A DNA stretch of 64,000 bases from Patescibacteria group bacterium. Lineage in GTDB: Bacteria > Patescibacteriota > Patescibacteriia > GWA2-46-9. The stretch spans positions 68,568 to 132,567 of the forward strand of contig JBAYUF010000002.1 in NCBI GenBank assembly GCA_041675205.1. Reading direction: 5' to 3'. Shown piece by piece: positions 1-9,944 of this stretch; position 1 is the first letter of the stretch; each line of letters opens with the position of its first letter. Both the position numbers and the translations under genes were made by a program. The notes beneath the pieces are model-generated. The model worked only from the letters and a program-made list of their open reading frames with translations, made no database searches and was not told the origin of the DNA.

Positions 1-294
1 ACGCCCGTGGTTCTCCATGGCTCGAGCCTCTGGACTAAGGGGCTGGATGGAGTGGAGATCGAAATGCCATCAGCTCATGGTGAAGGGTATTTTCAATCCC
101 AGGGTCCTGTTGTTGTCACGGCAACCTACGGCAGCTATGAAGGTGTCATAACCTATCCGGCTAGTCCGAACGGCTGTCCGGTCGCAGGCATCTGCGACGA
201 GACGGGACGGATCATGGGCATGATGCCGCACCCCGAACGTGGTTGTGAGGCAGCATGGCAAATCTACCGCAACGGCATCGAAGCCGTGCGGTAA
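1..294 (+). CDS. C-terminal fragment of a class I glutamine amidotransferase, PurQ/FGAM-synthase-like (5' end outside window)
   Basis: Translation ends ...HGEGYF...GMMPHPER..., the conserved C-terminal GATase signature of PurQ. The ORF runs off the window start. Confidence 0.5.
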   Translation, partial: TPVVLHGSSLWTKGLDGVEIEMPSAHGEGYFQSQGPVVVTATYGSYEGVITYPASPNGCPVAGICDETGRIMGMMPHPERGCEAAWQIYRNGIEAVR

Positions 295-322
295 AGGAGG
301 TCAGAAGAAACAATGGAGGGAA

Positions 323-355
323 AACGGCGTAGCCTAACAGCAGCGCCGTTTTTCC
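323..355 (+). terminator. hairpin plus short T-run after the purQ-like gene
   Basis: AACGGCG-13 nt loop-CGCCGTT followed by TTTCC. Confidence 0.4.
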
Positions 356-522
356 ATTTGTGTAATATTTTCAAATCACAGTGAGTGTTTCTCGAGTACT
401 GTAATCTGGCTTTGCCGGTTACAGCACGGAGAGAAACAAGAACGACCTTTGCTGAGGGAAGGATATATTAACAGGAAACCGGACGGTTTCCTTTAAAGTA
501 GTGAAGCGCTAGCGTAACGGTG

Positions 523-2049
523 TTATTCCCACTCCGTCGTAGCGGGTGGTTTTGAGGTTATATCGTAGAGGACGCGAGTAACGCCTCTCACTTCATTTGT
601 AATGCGCCAGGAAAGGCGTGCCATAAAGTCGTGGGGAAGTTGTGCCCAGTCCGCGGTCATAATGTCGGACGAGGTAATGATGCGAACAACTATTGGGTAA
701 GCGTAGCGGCGTTCGTCACCGGTGACCCCAACTGTTTTTTGGCTGAGTACTTGGGCAAAGTAGTGATAAAATTCGTCTTCACGCTTCACCCGATGAATTT
801 CTTCTCGCACGATTAAGTCAGCATCACGAACGATACGTAGTTTTTCCGGCGTTACTTCGCCGGCAATGCGAATGGCCAGACCCGGGCCAGGAAACGGTTG
901 TCGCCAAACGAGCGCCTTGGGTAGTCCAAGTGCTTCACCCAGTTCACGGACCTCATCTTTATAAAGGTCGCGAAGCGGTTCAAGTAGTTTCCACTTCAAT
1001 CCTTTCGGTAGCCCACCGACATTGTGATGAGATTTAATAACGCGCGCCGTTTTTCCACTACTCGCTGCAGCGGATTCAATAACGTCTGATTGAATAGTTC
1101 CTTGGGCTAAGAAGGTGGGACGGGGGTGAACAGATTTTACTGCACGGTCGAAGGCGCGGATAAACTCGCGCCCAATAATTTTTCTTTTCTTTTCGCCAAA
1201 CGTAACGCCCTTTAGGCCACGGAGAAATGGTTGCTCTGCATTGACGTAGCGAACACGGCAACCGAGTTGTGACAGAATGGCGCGCACTTCACTTGGTTCA
1301 TTTTTACGCATTAGGCCATGATTCACGAATACGGCCGTGAGCTGTTTCCCTATGGCTCGGCTCACCAGTGCGGCCGTCACCGTGGAGTCGACCCCACCAG
1401 AAACAGCCGCAACAACCGCATTCTGGCCGACAGTATTTTGGATGGCGGTGATTTTTTGGGTAATTAAGTCAGCAACATTCCATGTCTTTTTGCATTTAGC
1501 AATCGTGAAGAGAAAATTTTTCAAAATAGCGTTACCGTACTGCGTGTGCTCAACTTCGATATGAAACTGAATGCCGTAAAGTTTTTCTTTCTCATTGGCG
1601 ATGACCGCATCAGGAGAGTTCGCCGTTTGCGCAATGTGTCGGAATCCTTTTGGTAGTTTCGTAACAATGTCTCCATGAGACATCCAAACGCGATTTTTCT
1701 TTGGCAGCCCCTTCAAAAGCGGCGACGACACCGTGGCGTCGAGCAGCGCCGGGCCGTACTCACCACGTTTCCCCCGTTCCACACTGCCACCAAGCTGGTG
1801 CGTCATCAGTTGCATGCCGTAGCACACGCCGAGTAGGGGAATTCCTAAAGTAAAAAGTTTCTGACTGCAACTTGGGGCACCAGTTGTATACACGGAACTT
1901 GGCCCCCCAGATAAAATAATAGCCTCAGCGTTTTTAATCTGACCAAGCGGAGCAGTGAAGGGAATAAGTGTTGCCTCTACGCCAAGGGCGCGAACACGCC
2001 GACCTATGAGGTGAGAGTATTGTGAGCCAAAATCTATAATGTAGACCAT
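523..2049 (-). CDS. guaA: GMP synthase (glutamine-hydrolysing)
   Basis: 508 aa. N-terminal GATase followed by the ATP-PPase motif SGGVDSTV and the GMP-synthase C-terminus ...TTEWE. Confidence 0.9.
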   Translation of the reverse strand: MVYIIDFGSQYSHLIGRRVRALGVEATLIPFTAPLGQIKNAEAIILSGGPSSVYTTGAPSCSQKLFTLGIPLLGVCYGMQLMTHQLGGSVERGKRGEYGPALLDATVSSPLLKGLPKKNRVWMSHGDIVTKLPKGFRHIAQTANSPDAVIANEKEKLYGIQFHIEVEHTQYGNAILKNFLFTIAKCKKTWNVADLITQKITAIQNTVGQNAVVAAVSGGVDSTVTAALVSRAIGKQLTAVFVNHGLMRKNEPSEVRAILSQLGCRVRYVNAEQPFLRGLKGVTFGEKKRKIIGREFIRAFDRAVKSVHPRPTFLAQGTIQSDVIESAAASSGKTARVIKSHHNVGGLPKGLKWKLLEPLRDLYKDEVRELGEALGLPKALVWRQPFPGPGLAIRIAGEVTPEKLRIVRDADLIVREEIHRVKREDEFYHYFAQVLSQKTVGVTGDERRYAYPIVVRIITSSDIMTADWAQLPHDFMARLSWRITNEVRGVTRVLYDITSKPPATTEWE

Positions 2050-2051
2050 GC

Positions 2052-3059
2052 TTACTGGCGTTTCGGTATAAAGGTAGCCGCGAAGGCGTTGGCGATGAAC
2101 GAGGTTACTTCGGATTCTGAAAAAATAGCATGATGCAATAAGTAGTTGAGTTCGGCGGCCAGATTTGTTTCATACATTTCCGGCCCATCAGTATTGATAG
2201 TCAATTTTACCCCGGCTTGGTGCAGTGTTTGATAGGCGCGGCGTTGCTCATTGAGGGTTTTAAATACACCAACTCGCATATTAGAAGTTGGACATACCTC
2301 TAAAGTGATGCCAGCTTCTTTGATGAGCCCCATCAGTTTTTTGTCTCGATAGGCATTGACCCCATGACCTATGCGTGACGGCGCTATTTTCTTAATGACG
2401 AGTTCAAGCTCTTTTAATGATCCCTCTTCACCAGTATGGATAGTAACGCCGAGCCCTTTTGCTTTGGCAGCACAGAACAGATCAACGTACTGCGCCATTT
2501 TAAATGCGGCTAGTTGTGGACCGGCAACGTCAATACCGATGACGCCGCGATGTTGATACTTGAGAGCTTTTTCGTAAATGATTTCGTTTTGTCGGTAGGT
2601 AAATTCTCGGTCAAGCATCAAAATGATGCCAGCGCGCACATCTGGATATTCGAGCATAGCGCGTTCCAGGCCACGAATAGAGGCATGGATAATATAGTCT
2701 AGGTCTCGTTCTCCGTTCCGATTGCGTTTCATCGGGTTGAAGCGAATCTCATGGAGTACGATATTGTGTGAGCGGTACGCACCACCGATAGTCTGGTGTA
2801 CGGCGGGTTCCATTGCCACTGGTGACGATTGAATGAGCTCGGTCCAGTGGTACTTCGCTCGATCGATTTCTTTGAAACTTTTGTAGTTTCGTTTTACCGT
2901 AACCATGTCTTCAAACTCCCAGTAGTTTTTCGTAGGGAGACGAATACCTTGATCGTGTGCGAGCGTCCACAATACAGCCGCATCGGCCGCGCCACCAACG
3001 TGTGTGTGAAGTTCAGCGAGGGGTAATTTTGCAAAGGGCGACGGTTTTTTTTCTGTCAT
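2052..3059 (-). CDS. add: adenosine/adenine deaminase family metal-dependent hydrolase
   Basis: 335 aa. HTHVGG metal-binding start and an INTDGPE motif typical of the adenosine deaminase fold. Lies between guaB and guaA. Confidence 0.65.
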   Translation of the reverse strand: MTEKKPSPFAKLPLAELHTHVGGAADAAVLWTLAHDQGIRLPTKNYWEFEDMVTVKRNYKSFKEIDRAKYHWTELIQSSPVAMEPAVHQTIGGAYRSHNIVLHEIRFNPMKRNRNGERDLDYIIHASIRGLERAMLEYPDVRAGIILMLDREFTYRQNEIIYEKALKYQHRGVIGIDVAGPQLAAFKMAQYVDLFCAAKAKGLGVTIHTGEEGSLKELELVIKKIAPSRIGHGVNAYRDKKLMGLIKEAGITLEVCPTSNMRVGVFKTLNEQRRAYQTLHQAGVKLTINTDGPEMYETNLAAELNYLLHHAIFSESEVTSFIANAFAATFIPKRQ

Positions 3060-3061
3060 AG

Positions 3062-4123
3062 TTAGTTATAATTGGGAGCTTGTTTTTCTATCTGAATAGT
3101 ATGCGGGTGGCTTTCGGCTCTGCCGGCTGGGGTAATGCGAATGAAATGTTTACTGCACTGCATCAGTTGAGGGATTGTGGAGACTCCAACATAGCCCATG
3201 CCAGCCTTTAGTCCACCGATGAGTTGATACACCGTGTCGGCGAGAGGGCCTTTATACGGAACAATACCCTCGACACCTTCAGGTACGTATTTTTTCATTC
3301 CTTTTTGGCCATAGCGGTCAGAGCTCTCACCAATCTGCATGGCGCCTAATGAACCCATGCCGCGATACCGTTTAACTTTCTTGCCGTTCAGTAAGGTTGT
3401 ATCCCCTGGGGCTTCGTCAGTTCCTGCAAATAATGAGCCAAGCATCACTGCCGCCGCGCCGCCAGCAATAGCTTTGACTATGTCTCCCGAATAACGAATG
3501 CCACCGTCAGCAATAACCGTAATTCGATTTCCTTTGACGGCTTCTGCCACCAGTATAATGGCCGTTAGTTGTGGTACGCCGACGCCGGCAACAACACGCG
3601 TCGTGCAGATAGCGCCCGGGCCGACGCCAACCTTGAGTGCATCAACGTACGGCGCAAAAGCACGGGCAGCCGCGGCCGTTGCTATGTTGCCTACAATCAA
3701 GTTAGCGTGCACTTTTTTTCGCAGCGTTTTTACATCCTTAAGGATACTTGGTTTGTGCACGTGGGCGGAATCAACGACGATTGCGTCGATGCCCACCGCG
3801 TCTAGCGCCAACGCTCGCTCACTATCGTGTGGTCCAATTGCTGCGGCAACAAGACATCCGGCTTTTTTGACGGTTCGCACCATGGCGACCTGTTCTGGAA
3901 TCGTACAATTACGATGCAACACCCCGAGACCCCCCAATCGCGCAATGGCAATGGCCATGTTGGCGCCCGTTACGGTGTCCATGGCGGCTGAAAGCAAAGG
4001 AATAGAGAGCTGAATATTTGGTGTGAGTTTGGTCGTAGTAATGGCGGTGCTGGGCGAGACCTCAGACAATTGAGGCACCAGCAGAACGTCATCAAAGGTG
4101 AGACCAAGCGGCAGTGTTTTCAT
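3062..4123 (-). CDS. guaB: IMP dehydrogenase lacking the CBS/Bateman subdomain
   Basis: N-terminus [11 protein letters not shown]...SAAMDTVT...VKK runs directly into the catalytic barrel ([11 protein letters not shown] ... [19 protein letters not shown]). 353 aa, so no room for CBS pairs. Confidence 0.8.
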   Translation of the reverse strand: MKTLPLGLTFDDVLLVPQLSEVSPSTAITTTKLTPNIQLSIPLLSAAMDTVTGANMAIAIARLGGLGVLHRNCTIPEQVAMVRTVKKAGCLVAAAIGPHDSERALALDAVGIDAIVVDSAHVHKPSILKDVKTLRKKVHANLIVGNIATAAAARAFAPYVDALKVGVGPGAICTTRVVAGVGVPQLTAIILVAEAVKGNRITVIADGGIRYSGDIVKAIAGGAAAVMLGSLFAGTDEAPGDTTLLNGKKVKRYRGMGSLGAMQIGESSDRYGQKGMKKYVPEGVEGIVPYKGPLADTVYQLIGGLKAGMGYVGVSTIPQLMQCSKHFIRITPAGRAESHPHTIQIEKQAPNYN

Positions 4124-4137
4124 GGGCCAAGTATAAA

Positions 4138-4169
4138 CGAAAACCGACTGTTCGCACAGTCGGTTTTCG
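4138..4169 (-). terminator. rho-independent terminator downstream of the PA14 protein gene, immediately upstream of guaB
   Basis: CGAAAACCGACTG-TTCGCA-CAGTCGGTTTTCG. The minus-strand reading is followed by TTTAT. Confidence 0.65.
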
Positions 4170-4180
4170 TTCGTGGGCTG

Positions 4181-5422
4181 TTATCCTATTGGTGGTCCTT
4201 CAAGGTAGGTACCGAGATGCTCATTCGATATCGTCAGCACCTCTGGCCATTTGTAACCAAGACCCGTGAAAACATCGCCTGATAAAAATAGTCGACGTTT
4301 ATTGTCTTGCAATAAATAGACAGCCGGTGCGTTTGCTGTTTTTACAACCCTAGCGGTGGGGTAAGAAGTAATATCGATTGTATCAACCACGAGCACATTG
4401 CCCCAGTAGTTATTTGGGTACGACACGAGCGCGGTTGGCGAAGGAAGCGCAATCTTTAGCCACTGTCTGTTTGGCCGTGTCGAGAGAAAATAAACAGTCG
4501 CATCCTCGGGCGTTCGAAGTAGTCGCGCGTCTGGATACTTGTTGAGCTCGGCGCGAGAAATGGTGCGGATAGTATTGTAGTCGTACCCATAGTTAGTGAA
4601 TGATGTTGGGCTTGTTATGTAGTGACGGAATCCATTGGCGTAGAGAGCGTAGACGTCCGGGCTGTTTGCAGTTTTGACGAGCCCCACTGCAGGCGTGTAC
4701 TCACCCGTGCTCGCCCCAAGGACTCGGCCAGGTGTAGTCGTTGGCTTGTCGTTTGATGGCGCAGGGGTAGAAGTAGACAACGCCTCAAGGCCGTACGAGC
4801 GTGCATCGGTGATTGTACAACTAGCTGGTAGTGGGTAGTAATGAAGCGCGCTTCCGGTAACAGTAAAGGAATACTGCGAGCCAGGTGTATGCCGTTCAGT
4901 AAAATAACTGTTTAGTTCATGGACACCTTTGGTCAAGGTAATCTTTTTAACGCCGCTCTTTGCAAATTTTGCGTCACCGAGATCCAGCACCATAGTGTCG
5001 TCAATGCGTAACCAGGAATCGTTGTTTGAGGTAACGCGAAATTCATACTCTCCGGTTGCGGATACCACGAACGCACTACGCCAATGAACAGCGAAGTGGT
5101 ACGGGTCGCCCAGTTTCCCGGTGTCAACCGGAAAGAATTTAGCGCCGAAATTAATAGTTTGGTCTACACGGTCGAAGACACGATATTCTGGGTTGTACCA
5201 GTAGTTATCATCCGCCACCTCTGGAATATAATTTTCAATGTCGTCTTCTACGCCAATGTCATCTTCCGCCAGGTTGTAGTATTGGCCATAGAAGCCACGT
5301 TCAAAAACAACCATATTACGGTCACACGTTGCTGCGGCTGCCGTCTCTAGAGAAGTGAAGGCAGCAGTAGGCACGAGCAGGGCTGCGACAAAAAAAGAAA
5401 TTGTTTTGCGCGATATTTTCAT
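4181..5422 (-). CDS. secreted PA14-like domain protein with C-terminal tandem ~60-aa repeats
   Basis: Likely start MKISRK (inner Met of the ORF), giving signal peptide MKISRKTISFFVAALLVPTAAFTS. The middle region FAVHWRSAFVVSATGEYEFRVTSNNDSWLRIDDTMVLDLG fits the PA14 pattern. Two C-terminal repeats share VKTAN.P.VY.L...N..R..I.S...F...GY.W. Confidence 0.5.
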   Translation of the reverse strand: MKISRKTISFFVAALLVPTAAFTSLETAAAATCDRNMVVFERGFYGQYYNLAEDDIGVEDDIENYIPEVADDNYWYNPEYRVFDRVDQTINFGAKFFPVDTGKLGDPYHFAVHWRSAFVVSATGEYEFRVTSNNDSWLRIDDTMVLDLGDAKFAKSGVKKITLTKGVHELNSYFTERHTPGSQYSFTVTGSALHYYPLPASCTITDARSYGLEALSTSTPAPSNDKPTTTPGRVLGASTGEYTPAVGLVKTANSPDVYALYANGFRHYITSPTSFTNYGYDYNTIRTISRAELNKYPDARLLRTPEDATVYFLSTRPNRQWLKIALPSPTALVSYPNNYWGNVLVVDTIDITSYPTARVVKTANAPAVYLLQDNKRRLFLSGDVFTGLGYKWPEVLTISNEHLGTYLEGPPIG

Positions 5423-5494
5423 GATCTTATTACACTCACCAAAAAATAGTGAATTGAATAAGCTAGCACGTTTTGGTTGAATTGTCAAGGCTAA

Positions 5495-5953
5495 CTACTT
5501 ACTGGGCTTAGTTTTCCTTGGTAAAAGTTTGAAATAGTTCTTCAAAGCTGCTGCTCCTTCTTTGTGAAATAAAGCCGACGACGGTAGCACATCTTTTTTT
5601 GGATTCAGCCACTGGTAGCGGGCGTGTTCACTAGAGAGGACGATGTCGCCCTTGCGGTACGTTGCTTCGTACACCACAAGGAAAATATGTTTTTCTGGAT
5701 TCGAGAAATGACGTCGGAAATGAAATATCGGCTGGCCGATTGTATAGCGAACTTTTGTTCCAAGCTCTTCTTTTAACTCTCTTTTTAACACTGTCAGTAG
5801 TGGTGTTGTATGTTCTGTTGCGTCAATGCGACCGCCTGGGATATCAAGGTATCCTTCTGGTGTATAGACAAAGAGGTATGAGTTACCGCGCCGCAGTAAT
5901 ATTTTCAGTCCCACGTTATATGTGGCGTGGGTATGTTTATGACTAGATTTCAT
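5495..5953 (-). CDS. NUDIX hydrolase
   Basis: NUDIX box GGRIDATEHTTPLLTVLKRELKEELG. Confidence 0.7.
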   Translation of the reverse strand: MKSSHKHTHATYNVGLKILLRRGNSYLFVYTPEGYLDIPGGRIDATEHTTPLLTVLKRELKEELGTKVRYTIGQPIFHFRRHFSNPEKHIFLVVYEATYRKGDIVLSSEHARYQWLNPKKDVLPSSALFHKEGAAALKNYFKLLPRKTKPSK

Positions 5954-6003
5954 AGTGGCGTTTATTGGGGTAGTACCTTTTTTTCGGCAAATTCTCTTTC
6001 AAA

Positions 6004-6723
6004 TTAAAAACCGTAAGAAGGCGCCCAGCCAGTATCGGCCAAATCGGGCTTTAGTTCCATAAGAGTACCATCCACTGCATTTATTTTTGCCGCTATCGTA
6101 CACCGAATGTCTGTTGGGTCCCACGCCCCTTCGTTACATTTTGCGATTGGATGTTTCAACCCCGAATCTCTAAAAATAACCCACCAATAAGGGGATGTAA
6201 AAGTTACTAGATAATTTTTTTGGTCGTTTGGATTAAATTCTGGATGTTTCTCTAGCCAGTATGCGACCCACTCATTTTTCTTTGCATAGTCGAGGGCCTG
6301 TGCTTGTGAACTTGCAAGGCTCGTTTGTTTATTTACTAACTGAATAGTGAACTCACGTAGTTCTGTATTGAATGTTTCGTATGCTGCAAGGTAATTATCT
6401 GCGGTGACATTGGCATCAAATGCAAAAATTTCATCAAGGCTATTAGCCGAAATATAAAATAGAGCAACACCATTCTTAGTTTTTTCTTTTCCAAACGTTG
6501 GCTGCGGCGTTGGATCTTCAGGAATTCCTACGGCCAAACCACCAAGTTCAATTACCGCATTGCTTACTGGTTGGTTAGTTGATGCGTCTAGCACCGAAAC
6601 TAATATTTTGACCTTGCCCGTTTCATTGAGTTGAGACTTTGTATAAAGAAATCCACCAACAGCGACGATGGCAACAATTACTCCTATCAAAATAATATTT
6701 GTAAATCCTTTTTGATTGTTCAT
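6004..6723 (-). CDS. membrane-anchored hypothetical protein
   Basis: N-terminal TM helix NIILIGVIVAIVAVGGFLY. The rest is probably extracytoplasmic. No recognised motif. Confidence 0.4.
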   Translation of the reverse strand: MNNQKGFTNIILIGVIVAIVAVGGFLYTKSQLNETGKVKILVSVLDASTNQPVSNAVIELGGLAVGIPEDPTPQPTFGKEKTKNGVALFYISANSLDEIFAFDANVTADNYLAAYETFNTELREFTIQLVNKQTSLASSQAQALDYAKKNEWVAYWLEKHPEFNPNDQKNYLVTFTSPYWWVIFRDSGLKHPIAKCNEGAWDPTDIRCTIAAKINAVDGTLMELKPDLADTGWAPSYGF

Positions 6724-6947
6724 GTGCGTCTATTTTAGACAGTAATCAATTTTCTATTTTGTGACTAAAATTGTTTTAAAAATTAAACTATGGCAGAAAG
6801 ACATTATTCAAAACACCTGGCTCGCCACGCCGCCGCTGACCACCTGCGCCATCCAGCCGCCGTAGCCTTTGGCTACTTTGGCGGAGGTGGCAGGCTTCGG
6901 ACGGTCAAGAACTATGGCTGGCTCGCCAGCCGAAGCTTTTTCGAAGG

Positions 6948-7024
6948 TTGGTGCTCCCGGCAGGAATCGAACCTGCAACCTTGTGGGTAGAAACCACACG
7001 CTCTATCCAATTGAGCTACAGGAG
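6948..7024 (-). tRNA. tRNA-Arg (anticodon TCT), CCA encoded
   Basis: Reverse complement folds as a cloverleaf: acceptor GCTCCTG/CGGGAGC, D-arm GCTC..GAGC, anticodon stem TGTGG/CCACA with loop TTTCTAC, T-arm GCAGG-TTCGATT-CCTGC, then A-CCA. Confidence 0.8.
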
Positions 7025-7102
7025 CACGTGAGGGGAGTATAGAGGGGACCCTTGTTGAAAATCAATCCTTCCCATTCCTGAAGCGACTGCTATAGTGCAT
7101 TT

Positions 7103-7813
7103 ATGATTTTTACTTTTTTGACTGCCACGATTTCTGTAATCTTCTTTTTTGGCGTCTTAAGATTGCAACGAAGGAAAGATCAGATAACAGAAGGAAAGTC
7201 AGCTTATCAAGTTTACCAAAGTTTTTTTGCCAGTTTTACAGCCTACTTCGCCATACTTGCATTTGCTAATGTCTTACCTATCAGCCCAATCACGGCGCAG
7301 GTGGCATTCTACTTAGCTCTCTACGTTTTTCTTTTTATCGGTCTTGGTTTTTGTCTCCTTTTTACAATTCGAGTGTCTGGCCGGCCAGCGCTGGCGAACA
7401 TTGTTTTTGGTGTTGCCTCTGGTCTTGGCGTCACCATGTTTCTTTACAGAATGGCTCACTTGCCATTACCGCAGCTCAGTTCAACAAGTCTGTTTTTCTT
7501 CTATCGCAACCCAAGCTATACGGGCGGCGAGATTTTTATAATAAGTTTGGGAATCGTTTTCACAGCTGGTTTGTTTGCGGTGCAATTTTTTCGAACGAGC
7601 ATAAACGCAACTGCTGCACCGGTTCGACGTCGAAGTATTTTTATGGCGCTTGGTGCTGTGGTGGCTGCAATTGATGGTGTCAGCTACTTTGCTAGCCATT
7701 TGCTTTCGCAAACTGTTGTGCCGTATGCAGCCACTGCGGGTTTAGTGCCAGCAGTCGTTGGTTTTTTTCTTATGACCTATCCGTTATTATTTCGCCACAA
7801 AGAGGAGCTATAA
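7103..7813 (+). CDS. polytopic integral membrane protein, unknown function
   Basis: 236 aa with about 7 hydrophobic segments. Confidence 0.4.
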   Translation: MIFTFLTATISVIFFFGVLRLQRRKDQITEGKSAYQVYQSFFASFTAYFAILAFANVLPISPITAQVAFYLALYVFLFIGLGFCLLFTIRVSGRPALANIVFGVASGLGVTMFLYRMAHLPLPQLSSTSLFFFYRNPSYTGGEIFIISLGIVFTAGLFAVQFFRTSINATAAPVRRRSIFMALGAVVAAIDGVSYFASHLLSQTVVPYAATAGLVPAVVGFFLMTYPLLFRHKEEL

Positions 7814-7835
7814 AACCAGTTGTGAATGGATGTGA

Positions 7836-8798
7836 TTATTTTTTATTGTGAAATGCTTCGTGCACCCGGCGCAGTTCGCTATCTGTAAGATGGGTGTAAA
7901 TTTGCGTCGTCGTAATTGATGCGTGACCAAGCAGACTCTGCACCGAACGCACATCCGCGCCGTTTATGAGTAGGTCGGTGGCAAAAGAATGACGAAGGGT
8001 ATGCGGTGTCACCTGTTTCATAATACCGGCGACGCGGGCATATTTTTGAAGAAGCCGTTCAATGGAGCGGGGCGTTAGCGGCGCACCGCCTTCTTTTTTT
8101 GCCCGATCGTTTTGAATTTTGCCAGCACGGTCGTGTCGGACAAATAGATAGGGTGAAACATCGTGCCGTTCGGCCAGGTACGACTTTACATACGCCCGTG
8201 CGTCTGGCGACAAAAAAACAACACGAATTTTTGAACCTTTTCCTCGCACACTGAGTTCCGTTAGGGAACCATTGGTTGGTTCACGGGTGCTCACCTGCTC
8301 TCGTTTAAGGTTTGTCAACTCAGAGACACGTAGACCGGTCGAAAAAAGAACGGTCAGCATAGCAGCATCACGCAGTAGGGTCAGTTTTGGCTGCGGTACT
8401 CGTCCTGGCGCAGCGAGTAAGCGCTGTAGTTCTTCGCCGGTCAGAAATGAAATACTGCGGTCAGGCATTTTCATGAGTTCAATCTTTTCTGGTGCCAAGC
8501 TGGCCACATCTCGTTTGGCTAAATATTTTAGCAACGTGCGCAGCGCAATGAGGTGATAGTTTTGCGTGTTCTTTTTAAGTGCTTCGCCGTGAGTATCAGT
8601 AAAGCGATTGAGCCAGAGTCGGTATTGGCGAATATGTTCTGGTGTAATGCGGTTCGTGTTTGTGACACTGTGTTCCTCTGACCAGTCAGCGAAACGATTG
8701 AGGTAGAAGCGGTAATTGCGAATAGTCGCCGCGCTGCGGTTTTTTTCAATCTCCAGGTATTCCAAAAAATCTTGAATGTAGTCTTTGAGATTTGCCAT
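7836..8798 (-). CDS. xerC: site-specific tyrosine recombinase XerC/XerD family
   Basis: C-terminal catalytic motifs HTLRHSFAT...LLGHASITTTQIYTHL. Start taken at MANLKDY (inner Met). Confidence 0.85.
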   Translation of the reverse strand: MANLKDYIQDFLEYLEIEKNRSAATIRNYRFYLNRFADWSEEHSVTNTNRITPEHIRQYRLWLNRFTDTHGEALKKNTQNYHLIALRTLLKYLAKRDVASLAPEKIELMKMPDRSISFLTGEELQRLLAAPGRVPQPKLTLLRDAAMLTVLFSTGLRVSELTNLKREQVSTREPTNGSLTELSVRGKGSKIRVVFLSPDARAYVKSYLAERHDVSPYLFVRHDRAGKIQNDRAKKEGGAPLTPRSIERLLQKYARVAGIMKQVTPHTLRHSFATDLLINGADVRSVQSLLGHASITTTQIYTHLTDSELRRVHEAFHNKK

Positions 8799-8904
8799 AG
8801 TGAATATTGTACGACACGGAAAGGCCATACGCTATATGCTGTAAGGTTTTTGATAGTGGTAGGGTGAGCCAAAAAGCACCCCCTTTTTTAAGTTATTTTA
8901 AAAA

Positions 8905-8948
8905 GAAGAAGAGGCCCGCGTCACCAGTGATATGGTGGGGGCCTTCTT
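8905..8948 (-). terminator. hairpin with U-run downstream (minus strand) of the EamA-like gene
   Basis: GAAGAAGAGGCCC...GGGGCCTTCTTC. The minus strand continues TTTTTAAAATAACTT. Confidence 0.45.
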
Positions 8949-9184
8949 CATGTCGATTCGACCGTTGTCGCCAGAGGAGGCGGCAACAGCACGTCAGTGC
9001 TTCATCGTCCTGTCGAGCAGGAAGTCAAAGCTGGTTGGGGACTGGGCCATGCGGCGGTAGTGGCACGACCGCAACTCGAGCCCGACCCAGATGGCGATAC
9101 AGACGCCGACCCAGGTGGTCAGATGCTGCCTGCGCCTCCTTCGGACGAGGGAATTTCGTTTGTCCATTGTTCCTCCTCCTCGCC

Positions 9185-9640
9185 TTACATTGTCCGCGAG
9201 GTTGCGACTTCTAGGCCCTTGGCGAAAAGGCCGACACTTACCGCCATGGTCAGGTACGCCGCGACCTGCCAGATGTTTGGCAGGGTACCGCCGTCGGCCA
9301 GTTTGATGACGCTGGCGATGATGGGGACGAGCATCAGGATGCCCGTTACCGTGGCTACATCGCCGCCAGTGTTGTAGGCGGCAACGGTAAACCAATCAGC
9401 CCAAAAATAGGCTATTCCCATCGCACCCGCGATGTACAGGTTGCCGCCCTGCGGCCAAATGATCGGCGTTCCCGTCGACCATTTGTAGGCCAAAATGGCC
9501 AGGACTACGGGCAGCATCGCTATGTAAAAGCAAAGCAGCACGGCAGTCGGGGTGAGCTCTTTGAGCCGCATCTCGATGACGGCACTCTGCGTGCCGTAAA
9601 GCACAGCGCCGATGAGGGCGTACAGCGTTGCCTTGTTCAT
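9185..9640 (-). CDS. small 4-TM membrane protein, EamA/DMT-like
   Basis: 151 aa with four hydrophobic helices. Sits in a high-GC patch. Confidence 0.4.
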   Translation of the reverse strand: MNKATLYALIGAVLYGTQSAVIEMRLKELTPTAVLLCFYIAMLPVVLAILAYKWSTGTPIIWPQGGNLYIAGAMGIAYFWADWFTVAAYNTGGDVATVTGILMLVPIIASVIKLADGGTLPNIWQVAAYLTMAVSVGLFAKGLEVATSRTM

Positions 9641-9800
9641 GGGTGTTCCTCCGGATCGATTTTCAGTGAGCCTTCTGTGTTGGCAACCGCTATTTATGGG
9701 GTAGAGCCAAATCTCTCACAGGATGTGAGCGACCGAGTAAAGTAGCGGGTTTTGAGATAAAAGTCAAACCTATTGATTTCCTGATTTCATTAGCAATAGA

Positions 9801-9829
9801 TTGACAACCCCAGCAATATTGCCTATACT
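9801..9829 (+). promoter_or_regulatory. sigma70-type promoter for rpsO
   Basis: TTGACA, 17-nt spacer, TATACT, about 115 nt upstream of the rpsO start. Confidence 0.6.
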
Positions 9830-9944
9830 GGTCTCTCGCGTACGTTTTTATATATGAGAGGACGCGCTCCCGCACGGGCGCTCGGTGTATTGGGTACGGT
9901 CTTACCCTGCACTTGGCAAACCGACGATTAAACGAACAGAGCCT

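Noticed and set aside
7-294. Met at position 7 as the true start of the first ORF
   Set aside because: The GATase domain is clearly C-terminal only, so the gene begins upstream of the window.
3498-4013. 171-aa plus-strand ORF antisense to guaB, and similar antisense ORFs at 8997-9377, 20302-21057, 46913-47503 and 27038-27433
   Set aside because: They overlap well-supported genes on the opposite strand, have biased Ala/Arg/Ser composition and no ribosome-binding sites. They are by-products of high GC.
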